This document shows positions 1 through 10,400 of a stretch of DNA of 64,000 nt, one piece after another. How positions within the stretch are numbered: the stretch's first letter is position 1; every line of letters starts with the position of its first letter. Origin of the DNA: Candidatus Nomurabacteria bacterium. Its GTDB lineage: Bacteria; Patescibacteriota; Minisyncoccia; Phycocordibacterales; UBA5272. The notes under the pieces were generated by a model. That model had not been told where the DNA came from. It worked only from the letters and a program-made list of their open reading frames with translations, and did not search any database. The stretch covers positions 114,436 through 178,435 of the forward strand of contig JBEIQD010000002.1 in assembly GCA_040376695.1 (NCBI GenBank), read 5' to 3'. The position numbers were made by a program, and so were the translations under genes.

Positions 1-76
1 TATTTCCGTTAGGAAGAGATTTCATCTCTGGGTCACGGGTTAGGTTTCCAAATAAAAATGCTTTATTGAGGTACAT
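1..76 (-). CDS. ssb: Single-stranded DNA-binding protein, 5' part (runs off window)
   Basis: Manual translation MYLNKAFLFGNLTRDPEMKSLPNGN has the SSB N-terminal GNLTRDPE motif; directly downstream of rpsF. Confidence 0.93.
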   Translation of the reverse strand, partial: MYLNKAFLFGNLTRDPEMKSLPNGN

Positions 77-92
77 AGAATAAGTTTACTCC

Positions 93-605
93 TTATTTTG
101 TCTCCTCGCTAGGCACTGATTCTACCTTTGTTTCCTCTACTTCCTTTGGAGCTTCTGTTGCAACAACGTCTGCATCCTTTGTTGTATCGATGTTTACATC
201 ATCTTCGTTATTAACGAGAGATTCTGCTTTAACAACTGGTGCACGCTTTGTGTATACAGTGTTATCACGAACAGTCTTTACAACGATGTAGCGAACAACT
301 TCTTCATCAAGCTTGATAGCCTTTTCGAAGTCCTTGATCTTGGCTCCATCAAGTTCAAACTTGATCCATCCGAAGTATCCTTCATTAAAACGAACGTTCA
401 CATTGTTAACAACGCGAATCATTTCATAAGCGAGCTCCCGCATGTACGGGGTCTCCTCAGAAATGAAGCTACCACCTAGGGTAGCAATAGACTGCTTGAG
501 TGCGTTACTCTTTTCAAGCGCCGTGCCCTCATCTAGTTTGTTATCAAAGATGAAAGATATTTCATATACACGACTGTCTACTGTGGTTTCATTAATTTCT
601 GTCAT
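93..605 (-). CDS. rpsF: 30S ribosomal protein S6 with acidic C-terminal tail
   Basis: YEISFIF...RELAYEM...EGYF...VVRYIVVK S6 pattern; rpsF-ssb order. Confidence 0.9.
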   Translation of the reverse strand: MTEINETTVDSRVYEISFIFDNKLDEGTALEKSNALKQSIATLGGSFISEETPYMRELAYEMIRVVNNVNVRFNEGYFGWIKFELDGAKIKDFEKAIKLDEEVVRYIVVKTVRDNTVYTKRAPVVKAESLVNNEDDVNIDTTKDADVVATEAPKEVEETKVESVPSEETK

Positions 606-633
606 AGTGCTGTATTATAACACGATTTCAGAC

Positions 634-664
634 AAAAAGAAAGACCCCACCTGCGTGGGGTCTT
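634..664 (-). terminator. Intrinsic terminator of the 663..923 gene
   Basis: AAGACCCCAC-N-GTGGGGTCTT inverted repeat followed by a U-rich tract on the minus strand. Confidence 0.7.
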
Positions 665-923
665 ACCGATAGTGCATGTACTGATGAATCAGCCTGCCTG
701 ATGGTTCTTTCAGAATCAGCGTGATTTTTGGGTTTTTATTCCCTGTCACCGTAAAGCGGACGAGAGCACGGTTTGCTCCCATCAGAACCTTTGCATGGTC
801 GCTTGTTGCGGCGACGACAAATTTTCTTTTTGCCACCCAAAAGCTGAAGCTTTGGTCTTTGTTGTCGACTGGCCCTTTTACGAAGCCTGCGACACAGCTT
901 TCATTGTTTTCTGGCTCTGCCAT
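663..923 (-). CDS. Hypothetical protein, 86 aa (SD-led class)
   Basis: ORF with strong SD AAGGAGGTG just upstream of ATG and its own terminator. Confidence 0.65.
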   Translation of the reverse strand: MAEPENNESCVAGFVKGPVDNKDQSFSFWVAKRKFVVAATSDHAKVLMGANRALVRFTVTGNKNPKITLILKEPSGRLIHQYMHYR

Positions 924-976
924 GTCACACCTCCTTTCAAGGTTATTACAACTGACCCTATCCTGCTCTTTTAGAC

Positions 977-1786
977 TTAGTTTGTCAAACCAAATACCCG
1001 TATGGCATTTTTCACCAACTGCACTCTCACCGCTTCTTTGCTTAGTCCTTTTATGTCTGCAATCTTCTCATAAATATGTTCAACATAGAGCGGAGTGTTC
1101 CTCTTTCCGCGATGAGGCGTTGGTGTTGCATACGGACTATCCGTTTCAGCATGCATCATATCAAGTGGAATAGTGCGGACCAATTCTTCGTACATTTTTG
1201 CAAACGTAATCACACCTGAAAAAGAAACAGTGAAGCCCAGATCATTAAACTGCTGCGCGATATTCATATCCCCCACAAAAAAGTGAGCATTACCTCGGAC
1301 TTTGTTTCCTAGTCGCGTGTGAGCATTTTTAAGAATGAAAAGCATATCCTCATATGCGTCCATCCCAACATCTGGTCTTCCGTGAAGCATCAGAGGCTTA
1401 TCACATTCGGCCGCTAATTCTATTTGCTCCATGAAAAGAGTATGCTGCCTATCAATTTCAGCGTCTTTGTTTCCCTCAAATTTTTGAATATGAAAATAAT
1501 CCAGCCCACACTCACCGAGAGCTACAACTTTTGGATGCATGAGTAGTGCCTTGTAAGCATCTCGATCAAACACTTCTGTGCGATTATCGACTGGATGCAT
1601 TCCCACAGTTGCCCACACATGAGAATATTTCTCGGCGGTCTCTATCGCTTTTTTACTTTCCACCATATCTGTCCCTACCGTAATTGTTGCAAATCCTTTC
1701 TCTTCCATTTCTAAAATAACGACATCTCGATCTTCATCAAAAGCTTTATCATGAACATGTGAATGGACGTCAATAAAATTATGCAT
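977..1786 (-). CDS. tatD: TatD family metal-dependent DNase
   Basis: IDVHSH, GMHP, ALGECGLDY, ETDSPY and HRGKRN motifs; start moved to MHNFID. Confidence 0.92.
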   Translation of the reverse strand: MHNFIDVHSHVHDKAFDEDRDVVILEMEEKGFATITVGTDMVESKKAIETAEKYSHVWATVGMHPVDNRTEVFDRDAYKALLMHPKVVALGECGLDYFHIQKFEGNKDAEIDRQHTLFMEQIELAAECDKPLMLHGRPDVGMDAYEDMLFILKNAHTRLGNKVRGNAHFFVGDMNIAQQFNDLGFTVSFSGVITFAKMYEELVRTIPLDMMHAETDSPYATPTPHRGKRNTPLYVEHIYEKIADIKGLSKEAVRVQLVKNAIRVFGLTN

Positions 1787-2387
1787 ATGCTTCTTTAAGG
1801 ATATCATCTGTTAGTTGCGTTAATATTTCTATTATTTCAGGAAACTTATTCCCATACTTATCCCCTAACGATTTAGTTTGATTCCCATAATGAGATAGCG
1901 TCTCTTCACGTGTCTTACCTTCCTTTTTCAAATATGCTCCCTCATTCATTCGATGAGTAAGTTTTGTCATTACCTTATCAACCACTTTCACAAACTGTGC
2001 TTCATCTGTTTGCAGTGATTCATATTCTTCTATAGTTGTTGGAATCCATGGGTACACATCATTAAATTCTGACCGTATCCTTACAAGAGCTTCTTCCTCA
2101 CGCTTTTCTTTTTCAACCCTTCCAGTATCACTTAAATTGAATGTGTTCGTATCTCCTGCGTAGGCTTCAACCAAATCATGAATGATTGCGAACTGAGCAA
2201 CTTTTCCAATATCAAGATTCGGATATAATTTTGAAGCCAGAGAACACGCACAGATAGACAACATAACCGTGTGATCAGTATCAGATTCTGGAGTTATTCC
2301 ATCTTCATATAACGTTACGCGCTTTACTCGTGCAAAAGAGAATACTAGTTTGCCGATATCTATTAACCCTTGTTTGTTTGAGTTCAT
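1779..2387 (-). CDS. HD-domain phosphohydrolase (YfbR/5'-deoxynucleotidase-like)
   Basis: ESDTDH, IIHDLVEAYAGD and VVDK motifs; start at MNSNK avoids overlap with metG. Confidence 0.85.
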   Translation of the reverse strand: MNSNKQGLIDIGKLVFSFARVKRVTLYEDGITPESDTDHTVMLSICACSLASKLYPNLDIGKVAQFAIIHDLVEAYAGDTNTFNLSDTGRVEKEKREEEALVRIRSEFNDVYPWIPTTIEEYESLQTDEAQFVKVVDKVMTKLTHRMNEGAYLKKEGKTREETLSHYGNQTKSLGDKYGNKFPEIIEILTQLTDDILKEAYA

Positions 2388-2388
2388 A

Positions 2389-3837
2389 TTAAGGAAGACG
2401 TGCGAAGAGAGGTTTCTCTGGCATCTTATTTTCACGGATACAAGAAAGCATAACCGCCCCAGTATTTGGTATATGTACTTCCAATCTTTGTGCCAAAGCA
2501 AGAAGTCCGTGTAGACAGAATATAATCATTTCTTTTCCTTTTTCTCCATCAACTTTTATAACCTTAAATGGTTCATTTGTGGCTATATACTCGTCCAGCG
2601 CTCTCATGCTTTCCATACACTGCTTAATATCCATATTTGTATCGAAGTTTTCTAAACCACTCTCTGTTTTTGGTGTAACTTTTTCAAAAGAAATCTGAAC
2701 ATTATTACCTGTTGCCATCTTCATGATACGACTTGTAAGATTTCCAACGCCGTTTGCAAGGTAGGCTGTGTATGCTGTTTTGATTGAATCAATAGTAATG
2801 TCACCATCTTCAAACGATGGAACTTCATGAAGTAGAATAAATCGAAGCACATCTTCTGGATAATCAGTCACATCTTTAAACATATCAATCACATCAAATG
2901 GATTAATAACGTTTCCAATAGACTTACTCATCTTCTGTCCACCTGAAATAATAAATCCGTTAATGATGATATGTGATGTAGTAGGAAGCCCAGACGCTAA
3001 AAGCATTGCCTGCCAAATAGCTGATTGCTGACGAAGGTTATCCTTACCACAATACTGTACTGGTGTGCCCTCTTTCCAGTAACTAAAATCCCCCGCTTCA
3101 TCTGGCCACTGAAGTGTTGAAATATAACTGGTCAGCGCGTCAAACCAAACATACATCACATGATCATCATCTCCCGGTACTGGAACACCCCATGACATTT
3201 TGCTCTTCAAACGAGAAATAGAAAAATCTTCTAGTCCTCGATCAAGAAAAGCTTTTATTTCATTAAATCTAAAATCAGGTATTACGAGTGTTGGATTATC
3301 TTCGTATAACTTCTTAAGTGCTGGAGCAATTTTTGAAAAAGCAAAGAAATAGTTTTCTTCCTTGATAATTTCCACTTCACGATTTGGGTGTATCGGACAT
3401 TTACCATCAACAAGTTCACTGTCAGTTTTATATAACTCACAACCAACACAATACGTTGCTTCATACTCTTTCTTGTAAATATATCCGTTCGCATCGCATC
3501 GTCTCCACATTTCTTGCGCAGCTTGTATATGCACCTCATCCGTTGTACGAATGTGATGAATATCATCTGTAATCCCAAGCTTTGGAAATAGTTCATTAAA
3601 ACGTGCCGCGTTTTTATCAACATACTCCTGCACTGGAAGCCCCTCTTTTGCTGCACCCTCTAAAATCTTCGTGCCATGCTCATCAGTGCCTGTGTTAAAA
3701 AACACATCATATCCCAAAGATTTCTTGTAACGCGCAATAACGTCAGCTCGCACAAATTCAAGTGCGTGTCCTAAATGAGGTTCAGCGTTTACGTACGGGA
3801 GCGTTGTTGTAATGTAGAAAGGTTTCTTGTCACTCAT
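2389..3837 (-). CDS. metG: Methionine--tRNA ligase, short form without C-terminal tRNA-binding domain
   Basis: FYITTTLPYVN, HLGH, GTDEHG, YVWFDAL, KMSKS. Confidence 0.96.
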   Translation of the reverse strand: MSDKKPFYITTTLPYVNAEPHLGHALEFVRADVIARYKKSLGYDVFFNTGTDEHGTKILEGAAKEGLPVQEYVDKNAARFNELFPKLGITDDIHHIRTTDEVHIQAAQEMWRRCDANGYIYKKEYEATYCVGCELYKTDSELVDGKCPIHPNREVEIIKEENYFFAFSKIAPALKKLYEDNPTLVIPDFRFNEIKAFLDRGLEDFSISRLKSKMSWGVPVPGDDDHVMYVWFDALTSYISTLQWPDEAGDFSYWKEGTPVQYCGKDNLRQQSAIWQAMLLASGLPTTSHIIINGFIISGGQKMSKSIGNVINPFDVIDMFKDVTDYPEDVLRFILLHEVPSFEDGDITIDSIKTAYTAYLANGVGNLTSRIMKMATGNNVQISFEKVTPKTESGLENFDTNMDIKQCMESMRALDEYIATNEPFKVIKVDGEKGKEMIIFCLHGLLALAQRLEVHIPNTGAVMLSCIRENKMPEKPLFARLP

Positions 3838-3847
3838 AGAATAGCTC

Positions 3848-4897
3848 TTAACCGAGTGGTTCTTGTTTTCTTTTATTATGATCTGAAGCTAACTCCATAA
3901 AAATAGCAGCAAGAGGAACTGAAAGGATTACTCCCCAGATACCAGCAAACTTTGCTCCTATGACAAGCGCAATAATAACAATCACCGATGGAACGCCCAC
4001 CATTTTGTTCATCACACGAGGATAGAGAACATGATTCTCTAATTGAGAAATAATGAAATAAATAAGCGCGACGATTCCAAGTAATGGAAGGCCTCCGTGA
4101 GCCCAGGCAATGAAGAGAGCAGGGATAGTAGCAAATGTTAGCCCGACCATTGGAACAAGCTCACCGCCAAAGGCAAGCACTCCAAGGAGTGCAGCATACG
4201 GCATACCGAGAATGAGCATCGGAATATACACAAGAAGTGCAACAAGGAGCGATAGAAGAAGTTGTCCCTGCATCCAAAGTCCAATCTTTTGCTGCGAACG
4301 CATCCAAAGATCTTCTACATATTTCTCATTTGCCTTGGGCACAATGAGCGAGAGAAACTTTTGAACACCACGTTCTTCGAGCGCTAGATAAAATGCAAGA
4401 ACAAACGTAAGGAGAAGGTTCACAACTCCACCAATCACTGCAGCTGAGGTTGCAAAAATTCCCGTTGTTCCAACAAGTGTATTCTTAAGAATTGTAAGAA
4501 TCTGACCCTTATCAATAGTTCGTGAAAGCTCCTGAACAGCAAGTGAGAGGTCGCGGAATCCCATATCGCTACCGAAAATAGTAATTGAATTAAGAAGCTG
4601 TGGGAGCGTTTGAACGAAGCGCGCAATGTCGTCTGCAAGTGGCGGAATAAAGATAAGAGCAATTGAAGCAATAATCGCAATGAACGTAAGGAAAAGAAGT
4701 GAAACAGAAATACCGCGCGACAATCCCCACTTCATCATTGTCTTTACCGGCATTTCTGCGGCAGAGGCAAGCACAACCGCAACAAGAAGCGCTATAACGA
4801 AATCACGAACATAAAATAATGCCGCAAATATAGCAATCCATAAAATAAATTTAATAATTGTTCCCGATGTAATTGTTACCCTCATAGATTCTTTCAT
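3848..4897 (-). CDS. AI-2E family transporter (PerM-like)
   Basis: Multiple TM segments; W-GQL, QLENHVLYP and GVILSVPLAA motifs. Confidence 0.88.
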   Translation of the reverse strand: MKESMRVTITSGTIIKFILWIAIFAALFYVRDFVIALLVAVVLASAAEMPVKTMMKWGLSRGISVSLLFLTFIAIIASIALIFIPPLADDIARFVQTLPQLLNSITIFGSDMGFRDLSLAVQELSRTIDKGQILTILKNTLVGTTGIFATSAAVIGGVVNLLLTFVLAFYLALEERGVQKFLSLIVPKANEKYVEDLWMRSQQKIGLWMQGQLLLSLLVALLVYIPMLILGMPYAALLGVLAFGGELVPMVGLTFATIPALFIAWAHGGLPLLGIVALIYFIISQLENHVLYPRVMNKMVGVPSVIVIIALVIGAKFAGIWGVILSVPLAAIFMELASDHNKRKQEPLG

Positions 4898-4940
4898 ATC
4901 TGTATCCTAACATAGCACGACACCCTTTGCCACGCAGCTT

Positions 4941-6806
4941 TTATCTGTCAACCACTTTAGAAGGGTCGACATTCCAGGTTTCTCCTGAAATAAACGTAGT
5001 AAGTGGAGAAATCGTAGTGCGGATGTGGGCGCGAGATTCAACCTCATCAGCATCAAGAACAATACCCCCTGTTATGCTTGGACTTGTATTAACATGAACC
5101 TGGGAAGGACGTACAGAAAGACCTATATCAGTTGCAGTGGACTTACTTGCTTCAAGGTTTCCAACATTCCAAGTTACCGTACGCGTCTTTGCATCATATG
5201 ATGTTTTAACAGAATCTGTTGTAACATTTCTCCACGAAACATATGCCGGTAAAACGAATGATACTTTTGTATTCGTAAGGGCATTTTGAGCTGACACAGC
5301 GAGATGAATAGTGTATGTCGTATCAACATTTGGCTCTGGTGGAATTGGACCTGTATTTTGGAATGGTGAATTCTTATACTGTGTTGTTGCAGAAACACTT
5401 GCACTACCCTGCACCGTAAATGTTTTAGATAAAGTAGCAACCACGTCATTAACTTCCTTAGACGTTCCTTTCCCCGTGACAGTGAGTATAAGCTTTGGTG
5501 AATTTGATCCCTTGTTCACTATTGGAATAGTAACTAGGAGCGTTCCTTCAGAATTAGGTGCCAATGTACCCAACTCTTCCATCGTAGCTCGACTCCATGT
5601 AATGGTGCCTGTTGTAGAATCGTAATATCCTCTGTCTCCGCTCACCTCTTTAATTACCGCAGCTGTACCGTCAATCTTTAACGTAATCTCATTGTTTAAA
5701 AGTGGTGAGGCGCTTCCATTTTTATAACGAATAGAAAGAAGTGCTCGATCACCGTAGCGAACATTTTCTCCATTGCCCCGTTCTGTATCAAGTGTCATGG
5801 ATAGAGAAAGCGGAGATGTGCGTAGTTGTATATCAAATGTTTCAGAAGAATACACCACACCGACGTCAGTAAGAGATCCTCCAACTGAGCCGATGAGCGC
5901 TTTCATGGTTGCCGTTTCTCCTTGGCTTCCAGTAAGAGAACCAATAAGTGTTACTACCTCTGATGCTCCGGCTTCGAGTGGTTTAATTTGCCACAGTGTT
6001 CCGCGAGTGCTTGATTTTGGGTTAGTGCTTTCAATTTGAAAATTAGTAGGAAGAGTCGCTAAAAGCAAACTTGCCGCGGTTGTTGTTCCTGTATTATTTT
6101 TTACCGTAAACGTAAATGTTCCGACTTGTCCCACAGATAAAACAGTTGGACCTTCTATATTAACTGAAATTGGTGGACTTTTAAGAACTACTTGAGTTAC
6201 ACCCACTTTACTAAACTTTGCATTAGACCCTTTTACTTTGTACTCCAATTTAACTGTTATATCGCGCGCCTCCCCTTCGCTACCAAAAAGAGTCACCTCG
6301 AAATCACTCCTCTTGAAATCCCCTGGATTAACAATTCCTAGCTCTTTCTTTACTTGCACCTTCTCTTGTTCATCTTGAGCTCCTGTTCCCTGTTTATACA
6401 TAAGTGTAAGCGAGGCTTCAGTAAGAGCTACTTCGTTTCTGTTTTGGAGACTTACAATAAACGGCGTACCGACTCCGCCTTCAATGTACGGAGTAACGTC
6501 GAGCGTCATGTCGATATTTTTATCAGATACAACATTTCGAGATGAAAGAACTCGCCATGCAGTAAATGAAAGAACGGCAATTAGAAGGAGTATCGCTCCA
6601 ATGAGAAATTTTGCACCGAAAGATAGCCCTGTTTGATCTTTCGATTCTCGTATAATAGGCGTATCTTCGCCCCACGAAGTAGGCAACAGTTTTTCTTTTC
6701 TGTCGCGCACGTGATGCATTGCAGTATTATCTATTTTCCCTTTTGGATCATAGAGTGTCTGCTCGAGTGTCTCCAGAGCAGATTGTTCATTGTCAGGTCT
6801 TTCCAT
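4941..6806 (-). CDS. Membrane-anchored beta-rich surface protein (Ig-like/DUF11-like domains)
   Basis: Single N-proximal TM, then T/S/V-rich beta-sandwich segments (ITWSR, VTWNVGNL). Confidence 0.7.
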   Translation of the reverse strand: MERPDNEQSALETLEQTLYDPKGKIDNTAMHHVRDRKEKLLPTSWGEDTPIIRESKDQTGLSFGAKFLIGAILLLIAVLSFTAWRVLSSRNVVSDKNIDMTLDVTPYIEGGVGTPFIVSLQNRNEVALTEASLTLMYKQGTGAQDEQEKVQVKKELGIVNPGDFKRSDFEVTLFGSEGEARDITVKLEYKVKGSNAKFSKVGVTQVVLKSPPISVNIEGPTVLSVGQVGTFTFTVKNNTGTTTAASLLLATLPTNFQIESTNPKSSTRGTLWQIKPLEAGASEVVTLIGSLTGSQGETATMKALIGSVGGSLTDVGVVYSSETFDIQLRTSPLSLSMTLDTERGNGENVRYGDRALLSIRYKNGSASPLLNNEITLKIDGTAAVIKEVSGDRGYYDSTTGTITWSRATMEELGTLAPNSEGTLLVTIPIVNKGSNSPKLILTVTGKGTSKEVNDVVATLSKTFTVQGSASVSATTQYKNSPFQNTGPIPPEPNVDTTYTIHLAVSAQNALTNTKVSFVLPAYVSWRNVTTDSVKTSYDAKTRTVTWNVGNLEASKSTATDIGLSVRPSQVHVNTSPSITGGIVLDADEVESRAHIRTTISPLTTFISGETWNVDPSKVVDR

Positions 6807-6855
6807 GCTACACAGTATACCAGTAAAAATACTTCAATATTTTAAATAGCCCCTT

Positions 6856-7410
6856 CTAGAGTTGCGTTTCTTTTAATACTTCATGTACATGCGCACGAAC
6901 CTGCGCATAAGAAAGAAGAAGATGGGTATATAAATCTCCAACATTCCAACCTATATACTCTTTGATGTCTTTTGCTCCAATTACTTTTGCATCAGCATAC
7001 CCAAGTTCAACAAGTACAATATAGTGTACCAATAGTCGCGCTTTTTGCTTATCAAACGTTGAAGCTTCACCAAGAAATTGAATCAATCTATCATAGAGAG
7101 CTTTATGCGCACCCTCACCTCGAATGAATCGTTTAATAAGATGTGTTACTTCTTGCAACATTTCACCTAAGCTTTCTGCCTCTTCTGCTCCCGTTAATCT
7201 CCACACTTCGCGGCCTTGTACAAGTGTAATAAGCGCAACAGATCGTGGGGTAATATGCGCTCGTAATTTACTTTCTAATTTACGAACACTTTTTGCGTGA
7301 ACCATCAGCAACCCAAACTCTCTAGTAAATACTTTATATACCCTATCATGCTCACCCTGATCAAAGGATTCTATTACAATTGCTTTTGTGGTGTATTTTT
7401 CAATAGCCAT
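6856..7410 (-). CDS. recO: DNA repair protein RecO (short)
   Basis: GEHDR...FTREFG...AKSVRKLESKL RecO N-terminal OB-fold pattern. Confidence 0.85.
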   Translation of the reverse strand: MAIEKYTTKAIVIESFDQGEHDRVYKVFTREFGLLMVHAKSVRKLESKLRAHITPRSVALITLVQGREVWRLTGAEEAESLGEMLQEVTHLIKRFIRGEGAHKALYDRLIQFLGEASTFDKQKARLLVHYIVLVELGYADAKVIGAKDIKEYIGWNVGDLYTHLLLSYAQVRAHVHEVLKETQL

Positions 7411-10400
7411 TTATCGGATATCGAAGGCGATAGTGCCAGTCGATGTTTCTGCTGTGTATGTTCCACTTCCCTTTTCTACCGAACTAATTCGACATGTGTT
7501 CATAAGAAGAACCTTAAACTGTTCTGGGATCATGTACTCTGTGTTAAGAACAATTGAATCCTTTGGTGTAAGCCCCTTATCTTTACGAGCATCCTGAACT
7601 GCACGCATAAGATTACGAACATCTCCTTCTGCTTGGAGTGTGTCCGTTACAGCAGTATCAAGCACACAAACTTCTGTCTGAGTTTCATCAAATGAAATTT
7701 CCTTCACGTTAAGCTCATCAAGGATTGTTGAAACATATTCCTCTCCTATCTTCTCCTTAAGAGTAAGCTTCTGAAGAGGTTGCCTTACAGCAATCTTTGC
7801 TTGTGTACGAAGTGACAGTGCTACCGTCACAAGTTCACGAACCTTTTTCATGGTAACTAATAATTCAGTATCTACTGAGAAACTCTGAGGCCAGACTTCC
7901 AGATGCACGGATTCTTTTTCACCACCAACCACGCTGTACACTCGCTCAGCAACAAATGGCATCACAGGAGCAATTACTTTTGAAAGTGTTAATAGTACGT
8001 ATGTTAGTGTTTCGTAGGCTTGCTTCTTTTCCTCGACACTCACATCTCCCTTAAGGCGATCTCGGCTCCGTCTAACGTACCAAACAGACAAGTCATCAAT
8101 GAGCTGATCAATTGGATATGTTGCCTCATCAAGCATGTAGGTGTCATACCCTTTAGTTACTTTTGCAACAACCTCATGAACTCTTGATATGATCCATCTA
8201 TCTAAAACATTTGTAGAATTTATTGTTGCTTCCATGACACCTTCTCTGTTCATCTCATAAAGTGAGAGAACATTTTCTAGCCGAGATATAACTTTCTTGT
8301 ACACATCCTCCACAGTCTTATCAGTAAATAAAACATTTTCTCCCTTAACCACAGGGCTCGACAGGAGCGCATAACGCATTGCGTCTGCTCCATATTTTTC
8401 TACAAGCTCCATCGGGTCAGTATAGTTTTTATCGCTCTTTGAAAGTTTAAGACCTGATTCCGCCATCACAAGACCGTTCACTATAACGTGCTTATATGGA
8501 GCTTTATCAAACAATCCAACCCCTAAGTTAATAAGCGAGTAGAACCATCCACGTGTTTGGTCTAATCCTTCAGCAATAAATTCGGCTGGATAGTTCTTTT
8601 CAAAGATTTCTTTGTTCTCAAATGGATAGTGAAGTGACGCAAACGGCATAGATCCAGATTCAAACCAACAATCAAAAACATCTCCAATTCGTTTATAGGT
8701 TACTCCATCAATTTCCAGTTCTATTTCATCAATATACGGACGATGAAGATTAACAGCCCCTGTTTCATCTCGCGGAACGAGTTGAGGATGCACAGGCACC
8801 ACATGGGCGTGCGCAGGAGATGTGTCTTCGTGCATCATCATATCCGCAACAATTTCCTCATCAGTACGCAAATGAGCTGCTGCTTCAAGCATCCACACAG
8901 GAGATCCGTGTGTTACAAATAGAATCTTCTTACCTTCGTATTCTTTTTCACAGTCATGCAAGACCTGCATTGTGCGGTTCATAAGATCACGATGAGATTC
9001 CCCTTCTGGTAATTTAGTGTCGAGATCCATGAAATCAGCTCGCTGACGTACATGGAACTCATCAACACTTGTACCTGAAAAGATTCCCGTATCAAACTCA
9101 CGAAGCCGCTTATCAAAAACTGATTCTGCTCCACACATCTCTTTTATAATGCGAGCCGTTTCTTCTGTTCGAAGCAATGGTGAATACACGATAATATCTA
9201 TCCCTTGTTCTTTTGCAAAGTGCCCAGCGTGACGAGCTTGTTCTTTACCAGTTTCAGTAAGGTGGTTGTGTGGGTCACCATAACTATCCAACACTCGATT
9301 AATATTACTCTGCGCTTCACCGTGACGAATAGCAAAATACGTATTCTTTGGTTTATTTTTATTCAGCGCAGCAAGCTCTTTAAGTGAGCCAATGATTTTC
9401 ATATCCCCGGCTTCATTTTTCCACACAGGAAGAGGAGCACCCCAATATCGCGAACGTGATACCGCCCACTCATGAGCACCTTCAAGCCACTTACCAAATC
9501 TTCCATCTCTAATATGTGACGGAGTCCAGCCAATATTTTTATTTTCTGAAAGAAGTTTCTCTTTCATTTTAGGGACATCAACAAACCATGAAGATGTAGC
9601 GTAATTAAGAAGCGGTGTCTTACATCGCCAACATAATGGATATGAGTGAATAATTTTATGCTTCTCAAAAAGTTTTCCGTTATGAGCTAAATACTTAATG
9701 ATCTCAATATCAGCTGACTGTGTGTCATCTTTTTGCTTTACCTTCATTCCAACAAAATCAATCACCTCGGTTGTAAATGTTCCATCCATCTTCACATGCT
9801 TGATAACTGGAATTCTGTGTAACTTTGCAAGATCCATATCCTCTGCCCCAAAAGCTGGGGCTTCATGTGCAACACCTGTTCCAGTATCAAGCGTAATAAA
9901 ATCAGCATGCCAGATTTTCCAGATATTTTCTTTATTATCAATTTCTTTATCTACAAAATACGGGAATACTGGCTTGTATGATTTTCCAACAAGCGTTGAA
10001 CCTAGAAACATATCTTTCACCTCATACTTCATATCTTTCAATACATCTTCTTTTCTTTCATTAGCAAGAATATACATTCCATCCATTCCTTCAATCGACA
10101 CCTTTATATACTGAGCCGTCTCACAAAGTGCGAGCGCTGTGTTTCCAGGAAGTGTCCACGGTGTTGTAGTCCATGCAAGTACATACGTACCTGGCTCATC
10201 CGCTAATTCAAACTTTGCAGTTACAGAAAGATCAGTCACATCATGGTATTCCATTCCTACTTCAGATTGTGCAAGTGTTGTTTCGCAACGCGGACAGATG
10301 TGCATTATTTTATATCCCTCATAAGCAAGTCCCTTTTCATACAAAGTTTTCCATGCCCACCAAATACTTTCCGTATAAGTTGAATCCATTGTCTTATATG

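Noticed and set aside
721-1173. 150-aa plus-strand ORF
   Set aside because: Antisense to tatD and to the SD-led 663..923 gene; no supporting signals.
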